DNA of 64,000 bases from Camelus ferus (Eukaryota). The position numbers and the translations under genes were made by a program. Shown piece after piece: positions 23,344-36,799 of this stretch; within the stretch, counting starts at the first letter, position 1; every line of letters starts with the position of its first letter. A model generated the notes under the pieces. The model was not told where the DNA came from. It ran no database searches and worked only from the letters and a program-made list of their open reading frames with translations. The stretch covers positions 101,310,001-101,374,000 of the forward strand of contig NC_045697.1 in the NCBI RefSeq assembly GCF_009834535.1, read 5' to 3'.

Positions 23344-26300
23344 ATGACAACTGCCATCTGCATAACAAAGTGAGCTGATATTTATACATTTAATAATCTT
23401 TTCCACAATGCACTATCTTGTATATTGCTTTGGAGTTTTATTAAGAAAGTGAGTGACATGTTTAGCTGTATTTTGCTGATAAGAGATCTAGTCACCATCA
23501 GCACCACGCCTTTTCAGGTCAGCTTCTATTTCTTAATATCCTTTTAAGATACAATAGGGCATCTTTTATTGATCCATTAATATATGACTCAGGTGTGTTG
23601 CAAAGCAGGAGGCACTGCCTAAGAGCTTGAGCCAACAAGGTGCCCTGCAAGTAGGTAAAGGATGATCTGGAAGGTCCTGGCCTAAATACAACACAGAGAA
23701 AAATGTTTCAAAGGTCATTTTTGTTCTTAGAGACTAGAGAAAAATATTCACTATAGAAAATAAATAATACAAGAGGTGCAGTGAGGACAAGACATACAAG
23801 AAGAGAAGAAAGACATATTTTGAAATAAATACAAAAGCCTTTTAATTTTGACTTTCCACTCCCCAGCTTCAACAGTGATTTTATCTGCTGTCTCCCCACT
23901 TCTTCTGCATCAGCTCCCCACAGGAGCCCTGGCTGCCTTCAACATTTGCTTCCTTTAAAAAGGCTAAGTTGGGGCTTACTGTGCTCTTGATTTAGTGTCA
24001 ATTTAACATTGAAACAATCTTGAAAGAAACCCAGCTCCCCTGCAGGGAACTGCTGGAAAACTGGCAAAAAGGACCAAAGAAGGCATTGTAAATGGTCACC
24101 TTCCATCCCTGCAACAGCCTCCCCAGTGCCTTCAACTTCATTAGAAAAGCCAATTTAGACTTTTTAAATGGCTCCCAATACTGACTTTTCTATCTCAGTG
24201 AATAGTGAAATTGACCTTTTTGTAAAGCACAGCAAGGGGACAGAAATTAGCCCGGAGGGCCCCCAGCACCTGCCCCCTCACCCACCTCCAGAGACCAGGG
24301 GCCACAGGTCAAGGACCTTTTCCCTGGCATCTGTTTTTAGAAAAGCACACTAAGAAGCCGTTTATACACAACCACTGGGTCTCTTTGTTCACACCACTGT
24401 TCCAAGTTCTGAATATAATTGTCAGTTATCATAAAGTGGATGCTTCAGTCTGTGATGACCAGCTGACCTGTGGGACTTGACAGAACTAAGAACGGCAGGA
24501 ACCATCCATTTAAACCTGTCACCGCGAGACTATGAAGCTCCAAGCACATCTCAGCCCTGCAATGTGTCTCATTTCCTTCTCATCGGAACATTATCTTTAG
24601 CTGTAGCTGTCACCACATTTTCTAGCAGACTCTAAGAGCCCAGCGAAAAAACTCAGAGGGGAATGATAGCCCTTCTGACATCAAGACTCGCAGGTGATTT
24701 TGAAGCATTTTGAGACAGAGAAAAAGAGCAGTGGGTCAGAAATGCCTCCAGGGGCGGGCTTTTTGTTGCTGTTGTTTGTCAATTTTAGTTTCTTAGGATC
24801 CATATCATAATGCAGCATATGCCACAAGGCCCATGTTTGAAAAACAGATGCTACTAAAAAAATGTCTCCTGATTAATCCTGTAAATACTCAAGTTGTACA
24901 TTTAAGCAGGTCCAACCATGATACACATTTATGAGAATCAGGTAGAGGTAGGAAACCATTGAAGAAAATGTCAGGGCAGGTACCCCGTGTCTCAGAATCG
25001 TTAATAAGACCACAACTACTGATCCATCGACGATCCAGACTTAGAAACACAATCTCAGCACCCTAGTCACCCGACTCAGATAACCTCATCCATCCTATGA
25101 CTACTGAGTGCTCTGCTTGCCTTTTCTCCTCTCTACACTTCCTCAGGCTAACGCAGGAAAACGGAGACTGCGGGATGGGTACTTAGCAACAAGAAAACCC
25201 CTAGACTACTGACCTTGGATTACAAAGAGCCCCTTGCATACGCTTTCCCTTGGAGGATCTGTGTGGAGCTCCACATTAAGAAATGCCGGGGAGAGTGAGA
25301 AGGCTTGAGGTCCACCTCCCACTCTGCCCCTCCCCAGGCAGGCAGGTGTCACTTTCCTGGGCCTCACTGTCTCCTCTGAAATGAAGGGAATGGATAAGAG
25401 AAACTGAGAGCCCCCTTTCAGCTTAAAATTGATGAATTACTCAGTGTTCTCAAAACGGATTAAGACTGGATCTTTACACAGAACAGAAACCTTAGCCACG
25501 AGCTGAGCTTTCTCTGTCCCACTAAAGACCTCTATTCAGAAGCCCCAGTTGGGACAAATCAGGTTAGGTTCTCATCTGCCTTTCTGTTACTTCAAGTAGA
25601 TTACTAGAAACAAGCAAAGAACACTGAAAGATAAATAAATATTGAAGGCAAAAAACAATACAGAATATTAACAGGAAGCATCCCTTCCACCATTTCATCA
25701 TTCACTTCCTTTGATTTGCTAACAGGTTTACAGTGAACCTAAAAATGTTCTCGGATTAAATTTACCAAAATGTTCTCTGACTCAATTATTTAGCATTCTT
25801 AAAAAATATATTTGCTTTTACTACATGTACAGGGATACCAGCTGAGGTCCCTCAGGAATATATTTCTCTCTACTAGGGCAAAATCTTAAGAAACAACCAC
25901 TTTCTTATTTAAAAATGAACTACATTTTACTATTGGTCCAGTAATAAAATAGGGTCTTGGGGAAGGGATGTGTGTGACTAATTCTATGGTACTTATAACA
26001 TCTTCATCGTCTACTTTTTTTTTTTCATTGTTAAATAACACTTACATCTCTGCAATAAAAATCATCAAATTATCTATAAATTGTATAAAGCATTACTTGA
26101 CAAAATAATCTCCTTTGTGAAGACATCAAAATCACTGACACTATTTCAGGATTTTACAAAGATACAAAATTCTGAAATTGAGGTCCAACAATGAATCAGG
26201 AAACTGAAGAGTCCCAGATATGGAGCTAGTTCTCAAACAGCGCTGTCAGACTTGAAGTATGTGTTCTGTTAGCCAGGAAGCCCAAAACAAAGGATTCTGC

Positions 26301-27160
26301 TAAACTTAATAGCTATTTTGCTTCCCTAAAAATAAATCTTAAAAAAATTAATATATTGAAATAAGTTTTAATAATGCTGAAAACATTCTTTCCCATGCAA
26401 AAGACCTGAATGTCTTAGTTCTTAATGTGTTTTTAAGCAAAGGATCAGGTATAACGTAGCTGTCACTTCCTTATGCAATTATCTGTAAATTAGTAGCTTA
26501 TTTTTAAAATACCATGCACTAGTCTATGATTGGAAATAACTGGTTGAAGGAAAAATAAGACGCTGTATCATGTTGTTAGCAGCATGCCTCAAAGGCAGGA
26601 GCCTAGCCAACACATATGATTTAATAAGCTATGCAATAGAATTTAAATCAGTTATATAATACTCATTAAGACAGCTACAGAGGAACTAAGTTACCCATCC
26701 ATAGTGCCAACCGCAACCCAATCTTAATTGGCCAACAGAGGAAGGCGATATGTATCAGGATGTTAGCGTGAAGGGGATGGGATGGCCTGGAAGAACCAAA
26801 ACCCAGATGCTGCCATTCAGGTCAGAGGTCAAGTTCCAGGAGAGCAAGCTGGGACTATGAGCACTAGCTAGGTGCCCTGGATCAAGCAGGAAAATGCTGA
26901 GTGTTGAAGGAGTGAAAAGACTAGCAAAGAGTCTAGAAGACAGTGTTTAGGGTTGAGAAAGTCAGATGGTGACGCTGGCCTAAAGAATGAACTTAAAGTA
27001 CATCCTGATCCTAAAACAGGTTGTTTCCTCTCGGCCCTGTTCCATGTCTTCTAAGAGAGAGGGTGTCCCTGGGCTTACTAGCACTTATGATGGTCTTGAG
27101 CCCTTACTTTGCTTTTTACTCCACCAGGACTCTTACGGATTTCTTTAGTGCTGAACTACC

Positions 27161-27265
27161 TTTTTTTTTTTTTTTTTTTCCTTTTTTAATGAAGGTCCTG
27201 GGAATTGAACCCAGGACCTTATGCATGCTAAGCACACACTCTACCACTGAGTATATACCCTCATC
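27161..27265 (-). mobile_element. tRNA-Ala-derived camelid SINE, short form
   Basis: Poly-T followed by aatgaaggtcctgggaattgaacccaggaccttatgcatgctaagcacacactctaccactgagtatataccctc. Degenerate TSD ctgaactacct/ctcaactccct. Confidence 0.92.
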
Positions 27266-28689
27266 CTCAACTCCCTCTGTCTCACCATCAGCTACTTCTT
27301 ATACAGCTCTCTGAACATTTCAAAACTAGGCAATACACAGTCATCCACTTTGCCAGCCAGCCAATTGAGGGTCCCAGTGAGGGGGCAGATTGGATAACAC
27401 CAAGGATATCCAAGCGAAAGTACTTTTATAGTTCCAGTCTCTTACTGTAAAGTTACGTATTCTATCCCCTCCCTTTGTATGTCTTACTTGTTTTTATAAA
27501 AGTACTTTCCTCCATCAAGGAAGTGGATAAAATCACAATGTGCGGCCATTCTTAGAACAGAAAGTCAGAGAGAGTGAAACACAACAGGGACGTTGGCAAG
27601 TTTTCACTTTCTTTTAGTTTAAAAGTATGTCAGTTATAGTTTATTATCCCAATGATAAATTTAAAAAAAAAACTTCTTGGAATCACATCTTATGCGTGTA
27701 ATGTTGATATCAGTTATAAGCAGCCTGAGTTATGTTGTTATTAAATAATCTTATACCATGCTTAATAATTTCCAGGAAAAGGAGACAATTTAAATGATAG
27801 ACTTCTAATGAAAAGACATTTGTGATGCAACATAGGGCAAGCAACCCCAAGATCACCCTCCCCTCTGAAACTGTTAAATTTTCCTCAACCCACACCAATG
27901 CCACCAACCTCACTCCTAGAAAACCTGCCTAAATTTATGGAGCGGCCATTAATAAAAAAGAAAGCAGCTGGTATCAACTGTGAAAGTGAATTATACATAT
28001 TAGCATATAAATCAAAATAATACTCTAACAAAATACGTAAGCCAAGTTTATTGTTTCTGGGAGTCAGTTTTAATCACATGACAATGTTCTGTTCATCTTC
28101 TAAAAATCCCATCCAATTAGATAAAATTATCGATTTCAACTGGAAAAGGTTTGGACAGCATATTCTTAGTGGGCTTTTCTATAGGATTAAACGACAGAAG
28201 CTAATTGCTTTTCACTAATTTATGTGGTCAGAGCCTATCCTAGCAACCTACAAGAAAAACAGGAAACAAAGGTCAGAGATATGCAAAGACTGGAAGAAAA
28301 TGCATCCATCAGATTTCTCAGTATCATGACTTAAATATATTCAGATCCCCAGACTGGAGACCAAGTATAAATCCCAGGCCACTAGGCCTGGGCAAAAGTT
28401 CTTATATAGGGACAAGGCATTACTAATCACTTTCTAGGCACTGACTTACTTAAGCCCCCTTTTTTCCCTTCTCCATTCGTATACAAATACTAATAACATT
28501 CTTATGAGATAAACTCAGATTTTTAAAGATTTTATTTGGGAATTTCAAATTCCCAGAAAGCTGAATAGTTAACAAAATAAAGGGCTACATATGTTAAGGC
28601 TGGGTTCTCAGAATGTGACATGTGCTTGAATTTACAAAGAGTAGTGTATGATGATAGGCTGTTAAAATTCTGATCTGTTTATAAGACAC

Positions 28690-29300
28690 GCAGGCTAACC
28701 TAGATAATGGGAGAAAATATTTGCCAGTTATATATCTGATAAGAGGTTAATATCCAAAATAGATAAATAATTCATACAACTCAACAGCAAAAAAGCAAAT
28801 AATCCAATTTTTAAATGAGCAAAGGACCTAAATAGACTTTTCTTCCAAAGAAGACAAACAAATGGCCAATAGATAGATGAAAAGGTATTCAATATCACTA
28901 ATCATCAGGGAAAAGTAAACCAAAACCACAATAAGCTATCATCTGACACCTCTTAGGATGGCTACCATCAAAAAGACAAGAGAGAACAAACGCTAGCCAG
29001 GATGTGGAGAAAAGTCTTATACACTGTTGGTGGGAATGTGAATTGGTGCAGCCGTTATGGAAATAATATAATCCCTCAAAAAATTAAAATAGAACTGCCA
29101 TATGAGATAGCAATCCACCTTCTGAGTATGTACACAATGGAAATGAAATCAATATCTCTAAGAGATACCTGTACTTCCATGTTCACTGCAGCATTATTCA
29201 TAATAGCCAAGGTATGAGAACCACCTGAATGCTCTTCCATGAATGGATTTTTTAAATGTGGAATATGTGTGTATATATGCATATATATGTATATGTATAT

Positions 29301-29334
<34 letters not shown>

Positions 29335-29805
29335 CAGAATCTTATCCAGCCACAGAAATCCTACCATTTGTGACAATACGGATAATCTGGAGGGCATTAT
29401 GCTAAGTGAAATAAGCCAGACAGAAAGACAAATATGTGTAATATCTCTTATATGTGGGACCTAAAACAAAAAGGCAATTTCATAGAAACAGAGATAGTGG
29501 TCGCCAGGGGCTGGGGGAGAGGAAAATGGGGAAATACAGGTCAAGAGGTGCGAACTTTCAGACATACGAAGAATAAGTTCTGAGGCCATCATGCACAGCA
29601 TGATGACTACAGGTAACAATACAGTATTGTATATTTGAAAGTTGCTGAGAGTAGATCTTAAGCATCCTTACCACCAGGAAAAAAAAAAAGGAGTTAACTA
29701 TGTGAGGTGATAGATGTATTAACTACTTTCATCTTAGTAATTATTCCACAATGTATGTGTATATGAAAACATCACATTGTTCACCTTATACATATACTTT
29801 GTCAA
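28690..29805 (+). mobile_element. 5'-truncated L1 (L1MA9-like): ORF2 C-terminus plus 3' UTR, with an internal (TA)n(CA)n microsatellite
   Basis: Remnant YTVGGNVNWCSRYGN...KIELPYEIAIHLLSMY...TCTSMFTAALFIIAK. 3' UTR gtaacaatacagtattgtatatttgaaagttgctgagagtagatcttaag. Confidence 0.92.
29303..29331. repeat. (CA)n microsatellite
   Basis: Seen directly in the sequence. Confidence 0.95.
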
Positions 29806-30899
29806 ATACTTGGTTTTAATGAGGACAAGCAACCACAGCCATCTGACAAGGGCAACTGTCAGCAGGAACACACCCTGTTGCTAAAGAAACACAACGCAGT
29901 TACAGATCTCACAGCTTGAAGAAAAAAAAAGGAAACAGATACAAATATGTTACTTTGATCAATTTCAAGTCAATAAATTATTCATAAAATATTTTTCATA
30001 GAAAGAAGACACAGATGAGCTAAATTTTGAAGCAGTCTTAGCACTGAAAGGATAGATCCCCATTTCTCTTTCCAGCACGATTCCTGTCATAACTCTCTCA
30101 GATTTCAATATCCAGAGAGATGACTGCTTCTCCTTTCTCAAATGATTTTTTTCCTACCTTATATGGACCACTTATCTCCATTGCCAGACTCCCACAACCT
30201 GAATCTCTGGATCTCAGCTGCCAGCATCTCATTTCCTCATTTTCCTAACTCACTCCCTGTCACCAACAATTTGTAGACTTCATCTCAGAATCTACTGAGC
30301 AGTGCAGCTCCTGGCTAAAACTCCGTGTGTGATCTTTCAGACCTGAGCCCAGGGGGCTACAAAGGCTTTACCTGGCAGGTCTCACTGGGGAAGGCTGCAC
30401 TGCCCAACCCAGACTTGAGACCCAGCTAACGCATTACAGGCCCTGAGGGGAGCTGCAGTCAAGGACTCAGGCCCCCCGAGCTGAGCCGCACTCCTTGGCA
30501 CACTGCACTCTTGGCTCAGTCCCTTCATTTGGAGGCCTCTTTACCAGGAACCTTTGACCAAGACTGTCTTCAGGAACCTTTGCCTAGACCTTCTTACTCA
30601 AAGGAGGGGGAGGGAAACACTGCAGATAATTTTCTCTCCTCTGACGCAGTACTTTTTCACTCCTAGCCCTTCCTTTTGGCCCTTTTACCTGGTCCCGGAA
30701 TCCATAACCTGCAGGAACCTCTTGTTCGGGGCTCCCTTGGCAGTAAAGTGATTCTCCACATCTATGTTGACCCACTGGACCCTCAGCCAACAATGCCCCA
30801 TAGGAAGACAGGGACCCCTCGGCGGGTGACTTTCTCTGGATTAGCCTCTTGCTTACATTATCCCAGTAACGGATGAAAGCTTTGACTGCTTATTTTTAT

Positions 30900-31860
30900 T
30901 TTAGCATATCATTTTAATCAGCTGGGCTGCCAGGTGTCAGCTCTCTGCATCTCAGGTTGGCCCCCGACACCTACAAGTCACTGTGCTACCACTCGTCAGC
31001 ATACCTTGTCTCCTCCCCGCCTCACTTCCACTCTTACCCTGCTTTAACCGTCATGGCTGGTCCCTGCCTTCAACCTCCTGCTTTCTCCCCAAACAACCTT
31101 AACTCTCTTGCACTTCATCATCTCACTTGGGAAAAACCATCTCCCCACCTGCACTCCTACCTGTGCATTTGAATGTGTCTGGAGAAAATCTCATCACCAC
31201 GCTGGTTGGTGTCACTTTAGATCCACCTCTATCCTCAGTAGGCTCTTAAGATAGCCTGACAATCATACTATACATCCCTGGGCCATTCATTCTTCCACAT
31301 GCCTAAAGGACTATCAGACACCTTTGTTCTTGTTAAATGTCCTGAAACATTCTCCTCCATACTTCTGTTTCTCTGATGACCTTGCTTCCCAGTCCAATGA
31401 GAAAATATGAGTGATCAGGAGGCATGCAAGCACCTACATCATTTCCACCCTGTGCCTATATAGGCCCCATCTCCCCCATCATTATGGGTAAACTCTAAGC
31501 CCTTGGCTAAAAGCAATCCTAATTGCACACCAGATCTCAACCCATCTTCTACTCAAGGGCATCATTTTAGTACTTCTTCCCTTTTTTCCTATGCAGTTCC
31601 ACAACTGGGTCTTTTTTTTCAATCACCTGTTACATCTCCCATCTTAAAAAACAAAACAAAATGACACTTTCTTCAGTAACCACCCCCCGTCTCTCCCTTC
31701 CTCTACATACAACATCTTGATAGATTTGCCAAAAGTCTTGGTCCTCAAATTGTCTTTTCCGTCCCTCCTTGGAACCGTTCCAATGAAACTTTTGCCCTCA
31801 TTATCCTACCACAACTTCTGTTGTTAGACCACCAATGACAACCTTGTCGCATAACCAACG
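30900..31860 (+). mobile_element. L2 (ORF2-region) fragment
   Basis: ctggagaaaatctcatcaccacgctggttggtgtcacttta...ctgatgaccttgcttcccagtccaatgagaaaata...accaatgacaacctt. Weaker L2-like text extends left to about 30050. Confidence 0.65.
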
Positions 31861-32779
31861 GCCACGCGACTATGACCTAATAGCTAAACAGCTGGTGAGG
31901 TTCCAGTAACTGCACAGCGATTCGTCTCTTAGGTAAAAAGGAGGCAAGGGTCAGAGGATACCTTCAGTCTGTGCTCATGGGGATGCAGAGTAGTAACTTC
32001 CAAAGCCACGAAGAGTGGAACAGGGGGACAGATTAGACCCAGTAAATGAGTAATCTGGTTTCAGAACATGAATATTTGCATAAACCTTTTATTATTTAAA
32101 ATGAAGTCATCAAATTATGAGCTGCCATTTTTAACTTAAAAAATGCACTAGATGGAGAGACTCTATGCTTTCTTTTCCCCACAAATGTACAATACTGAGT
32201 TAAATATGGTTTTAATAATTCCTCTCTGCAGTGTATCTGGTATTCCTTCAACTCAGTACATAGGGAATTACTGTCTTCATAATCAGTCAGATTTCTATAG
32301 AACTATATTTCTATATTTCTTCCTATTGTAGGATAGAGAATTTCTGGTCTTCTAAATATCTGTTCCAGATTCTATTAACCCCCTTCATTACTTTAAAGAA
32401 CATTAAGAGCACTCTTATTTAAGAAAATAGCAAGCCATTGCATATGGCCCAATTTATTAATCCTTCGTTTTTGCCCTGGGTGGTTTGTACAGAATTAAAA
32501 TCTTTAAATCTTGCATCAAGTGCTTTTTCCTTCCTCAGATTATAATCTTTCCGTAGAATCAGGTCACATGACCTTATGGAAAAATTATATGCAGTTTTAT
32601 GTTTTAGCGTCAGTGAAATGTCTTGAATTTATATCTTCATACCAATTTTCAATATAAAAACTATCTGGACCAAGAATACTTAGTTAATATCATACCTCAA
32701 ATATTGCACAATGTTGAAACTCAGATGACTTAAATATTTGTTATTTCAGAAAATGTTAAGGTCATAAATCAGTGAGAGA

Positions 32780-33260
32780 CTGAAAACAATAAAAATTGGC
32801 TCTTGCTACCTTAAGCCATATAGGAATTTATTGGGAAGATTTCAGGGCTGATGAGAAGCTAGAAAGCCAGTCTTGGAGAACTGGTGGGGACAAGGGAGCC
32901 CCAATAAAGCAGCAGGAATCACAGAAAAAGTCACACAGCAAGAACAGTCTGGTCTGCATGCCACTGCTAACAGCCTCTGCCTGAAAGTGTCAGGAAAGTG
33001 CCGATGACAATGGAGCCAGGTCATGATGACTCCCTGACCATTGCAAGGTAAGAGTAGAGATTACACCCATTCAATTACCACAGAGATTAGTGGACACTCC
33101 GTCCAACTCAGTGTCCACACAGTAGGAGTGAGGGAGTGCCCTAAGTGGATGTGGTATAGCCAAGAAAGCGTTAAGAGCCAACTCCAGGCCATCCTTGAAA
33201 GAATGCCTCACAGATCCAATCACATCAAGGGCAGCCACACTCTGGCAGGTGCAATTAGGC
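32780..33260 (-). mobile_element. Old MaLR (MLT1-type) LTR fragment
   Basis: ctcttgctaccttaagccatataggaatttattgggaagat resembles the antisense 3' end of old MLT1 LTRs. Confidence 0.4.
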
Positions 33261-34068
33261 TGAAATGATCATCAGAAATGCCCTAAAACGAGCAGCACTG
33301 AGTAGCCAGGAAAAACGGTGAGGTCTCAAGGAAAGGAAAAGCACTTTGCCTTCTTGAGAAGTTCACCTAATCTACATTGAAATATGTGAAGCAGTGAATC
33401 TTGTTTTGAACACTAGCTGGAAGTTACTATTTCCATTTCCATTTCTCCTGCCAGATGCTTTCACTGCTTATATTCACAGCTTTCAAAAATCAGGGGCTGC
33501 TACCTCCACATCCTGATGTGCAGAGAACAGAATCAACTATGGAAAGACTGAAAATCTAGCACGGTGAGGGCTAAGTCCTTCTGAACTTCTATCACAATAA
33601 ACACAAGTGCAGGTCCACAGTGAGCTATTTCAGTGCCTCAAACATGAGTACATACAAGGACTATCGAGAACACTATGATAGTGCAACATAAAATGAACTA
33701 CACCAAACCAAGTCATTGGAAAGAGGTTCCCATTTACACCAAAAGCTCACCCAAGTAAGTGAAGCCTAAGACAGGAGTGTGACAGACCTGTTAAGAGCCC
33801 TACCCATTCAAGATTTTCCTGACTGGTAAGGCCACACATGCCACTCGCCATCTTTTCTGTGCTTTTATAGCTTTGGCTTCTTTCAGCTTTAGTGTCTTAC
33901 TAAATGATCCTTGTTAAGCTCTAAGTGTCTGTTACCATTAGACATGAGAGACTCCACACAGGGGTTGAGTAGAGTTTATCACACTGAGTGTAGTTCACAG
34001 AACTCTTACCAATGGGGCCGTCTTTACAAGGATCTATCCAAACCTGCTACTCTAAATTGATCTATTCT

Positions 34069-34278
34069 GCTCTAATGAGAGTAAATCTTAAGAGGTCTCA
34101 TTACCAGGAAAAAAATTTTTTCTATTTCTTTAATGTTTTATCCGTATGAGATGATGGATGTTCACTAAACTTACTGTGGTCATCATTTCATGATGTAAGT
34201 CAAATCATTATGCTGTACACCTTTAAATTACACAGTGCTGGATGTCAATTATACCTCAATAAGCTCAATGAAAAACAA
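34069..34278 (+). mobile_element. Short L1 3'-end insertion with an 11-bp TSD
   Basis: TSD tgatctattct at 34058-34068 and 34279-34289. Body gagagtaaatcttaagag...gatgttcactaaacttactgtgg...tgctgtacacc...tgtcaattatacctcaataa. Confidence 0.9.
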
Positions 34279-34599
34279 TGATCTATTCTTTTTACTGATC
34301 TTTGTCTTATTCCAGAAATCTATTTAGTCCAAAATATATAAAAATAGACTATTTTTTCAATAGACCAGTGTTTAAAAACATGGCATTTGGATTTATTTTG
34401 GACTTACAAAATGTAACATTTTCAGGATACAGACTGACATTTGCAAAATTTCTTCCTTAATTCGGCTTCACGGAATTCCATTTTGGTGTTGGCTCCATAT
34501 AAAGTTAGATGACACTGAGGGAGATCTTTTTCAAAGCAGTCTTTATATCTATCCTTATTGGAGAAAGACCATCTATAATTACTGGAGATTCCTCTGGAA

Positions 34600-34740
34600 T
34601 CATAAAAATGTGGTATTAAGCCTGATTCAGAAGCTTATTAGCTGTGTTATTCTGGACAAGTTACTTAACTCTTTTTAGCACTGATTCCCTTAACTGCAAA
34701 AGAGAGATAATAATACATGATGATTAAAAGGGAGAACTTA
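34600..34740 (+). mobile_element. MIR SINE
   Basis: cttattagctgtgttattctggacaagttacttaactc...ctgcaaaagagagataataatac. Confidence 0.65.
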
Positions 34741-36323
34741 TTTTTAAAAACACCCAGGTCCAGGGCCTGTCACTCTGCCTGCTCTCTCTGTGAGCCCTTC
34801 CAGGGCATCCTCATCCATTCAGTTACCATACACGGGATGGCCACATCATCCTAACTGCCAAACGGTAGGGACAGACCTGGCTGCATCAACTCCACAGCCT
34901 GAAACCATGAGTTTAAATTCAAGAGGGTTTGTGAAGGGGCCACCTGTGGTTTGTGCCCTTCCAAACAAAGCCACAAGCTCATAAACAACAAATCTGTATT
35001 TGACATCTCAAATTTTTAATTAGTAAACAGTTTTTCCTTTTCAAAAAAATGAGTTGATACCTTACAATAATAGTAGTATGTTTTGCAGTTAGTTGGATTC
35101 AGTGGTTGGACCACAATACTATTACGGCCAGATTTACCATGAAGGGGCTATCATGAGGTGCCAAGATGACAATATCAGCCTTAAACAGACTAATAAGAAG
35201 GCTACAGAGAACAAGAGCTTCAGGAGAACAAAAGTAAAACGTGTTTCCAGATTTAGCAACGAGTCTAAACAAACTAGCCCAGAGCTTGGTACACAGGGTT
35301 TGGGGTTTATGGACACAGTAAATATATAGCTTGTATTCTCTGGGGAAGTTTAATGACGGACATCATGTCCCATTATCCCTGAAAGAATGAATGTTGCAAT
35401 GATCAACATTCCTCAGAATTTGTCCCGAAATAGAAAGAGTCCATCTCTTTGAGGACAGAATGCGTTGGTACCAAACTCCTCCAGTCACCTATAAGAGACT
35501 GGATAAGTTTTAGCAGTGAAAGAAGTTACCCTGGACTAGAAGTGAATGGACCCATTCGGTTTCTGTTATTTGCCAGCAGCACCAGATCAGCAGTGGAGAG
35601 AATGGCCAGTTTCTGGGGCTCTACTTCCACTAGGGTGGGGCTGCCCAATAAGGAAACACTGTCATCAGGATATGGAAGGAGCCGGTGTACCCAAAATCTA
35701 GCCCTTAATTGGCCAGGAGCAATGGCCACCCTTGGAACAAAAGGAGGATGGCGCCCATCCCCAAAGCCAAGGAGGGTGCATCAGAAAGAACAACTAATAG
35801 GAGGAGCCATGCCTCACAACACAGGGCACTCAACACAGGATGCGGGACGGCCAGATAAGGGTACCAGAATGGGCAAACCACACAGACTTGTTCCAAAACA
35901 CCTGCGAGGCAAACTTTTCAAAAACAGACAGAGGCACGATGCAGGGGAGGGGTTAAGTACAGAGTGGGGGTGATGAGCAGCACATTCAGCGCACTTGGAG
36001 GGAGCTCATTTTCAGCGATGAATCAGTGGAGGACTTCTGCCATGAGAATTTTACTATATAAAAAAAGTGAAGCTGCATTTAGTTATATGATGGTGAGTAC
36101 AATGATATATGAATTACATATAATTTGGCCAAGCTATCCCTCGGGACATCCACTTTAATTAAATCTTGTATAATCCAGGCATTTGGGTTATACAGGATTT
36201 AATTCAAGACCTCCTTGACTTCACAGAGCAAATGGAAGCCATCACGTAGAATCCCCCATCTTGCCACAAAACTTACACATTTATAGACGTCTATATATAC
36301 TTTTTACTCTTTCCTTCTATTTC

Positions 36324-36679
36324 TGCAACGGACTGAATGTTGTTTCCCCACCCAAATTCATACCTTGAAATCTTAATCCCTAATGTGACGGTATTGGGAG
36401 GTGGGGCCCTTGGAAGATAACTAGGTCATGAGGGTGGAACCCTCGGGATGGGATTAGTGCCCTTATAAGAAGAGACACCAGAAAGCTTACCCTCTCTCTC
36501 TTTCCACCATGTAAGCACACAGCTAGAAGGCTTTCTGCCATCCAGGAAGAGGGACCCACCAGGAAGCAAATCATTGGCACCATGATCTATGACTTCTCAG
36601 CCTCCAGAACATGAGAAACAAATGCTGTTTAAGCCACGCTATGGTATTTCTGTTAGAGTAGCCCAAGCAGACGAAGGCA
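36324..36679 (+). mobile_element. MLT1A-like MaLR solo LTR inserted in L2
   Basis: tgcaacggactgaatgttg...aaattcataccttgaaatcttaatccc...gggattagtgcccttataaga...cagcctccagaac...tttaagccac...gcccaagcagacgaaggca. Confidence 0.88.
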
Positions 36680-36799
36680 ATCATCATGGGAAAATCAAAT
36701 TTAAAACTGATTTGCCACCAATGCTCTGTATGTCATCATTTCTTCTCACTTCTTCAAAAAATTCATTTGCTTGTATGTCCTTCTTCCCTGACATCTTTC

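Noticed and set aside
23108..23406. Three overlapping F/L/S-rich ORFs
   Set aside because: They are translation artefacts of the (CTTT)n low-complexity strand.
29002..29217. ORFs with L1 ORF2p similarity (also 6136-6363, 8952-9161 and 9444-9704)
   Set aside because: They are fragments of truncated, stop-ridden L1 copies, not host genes.
29076..29464. CVCV/HTHT-repeat ORFs (also 39168-39425 and 48738-49030)
   Set aside because: They are read-through of (CA)n/(GT)n microsatellites.
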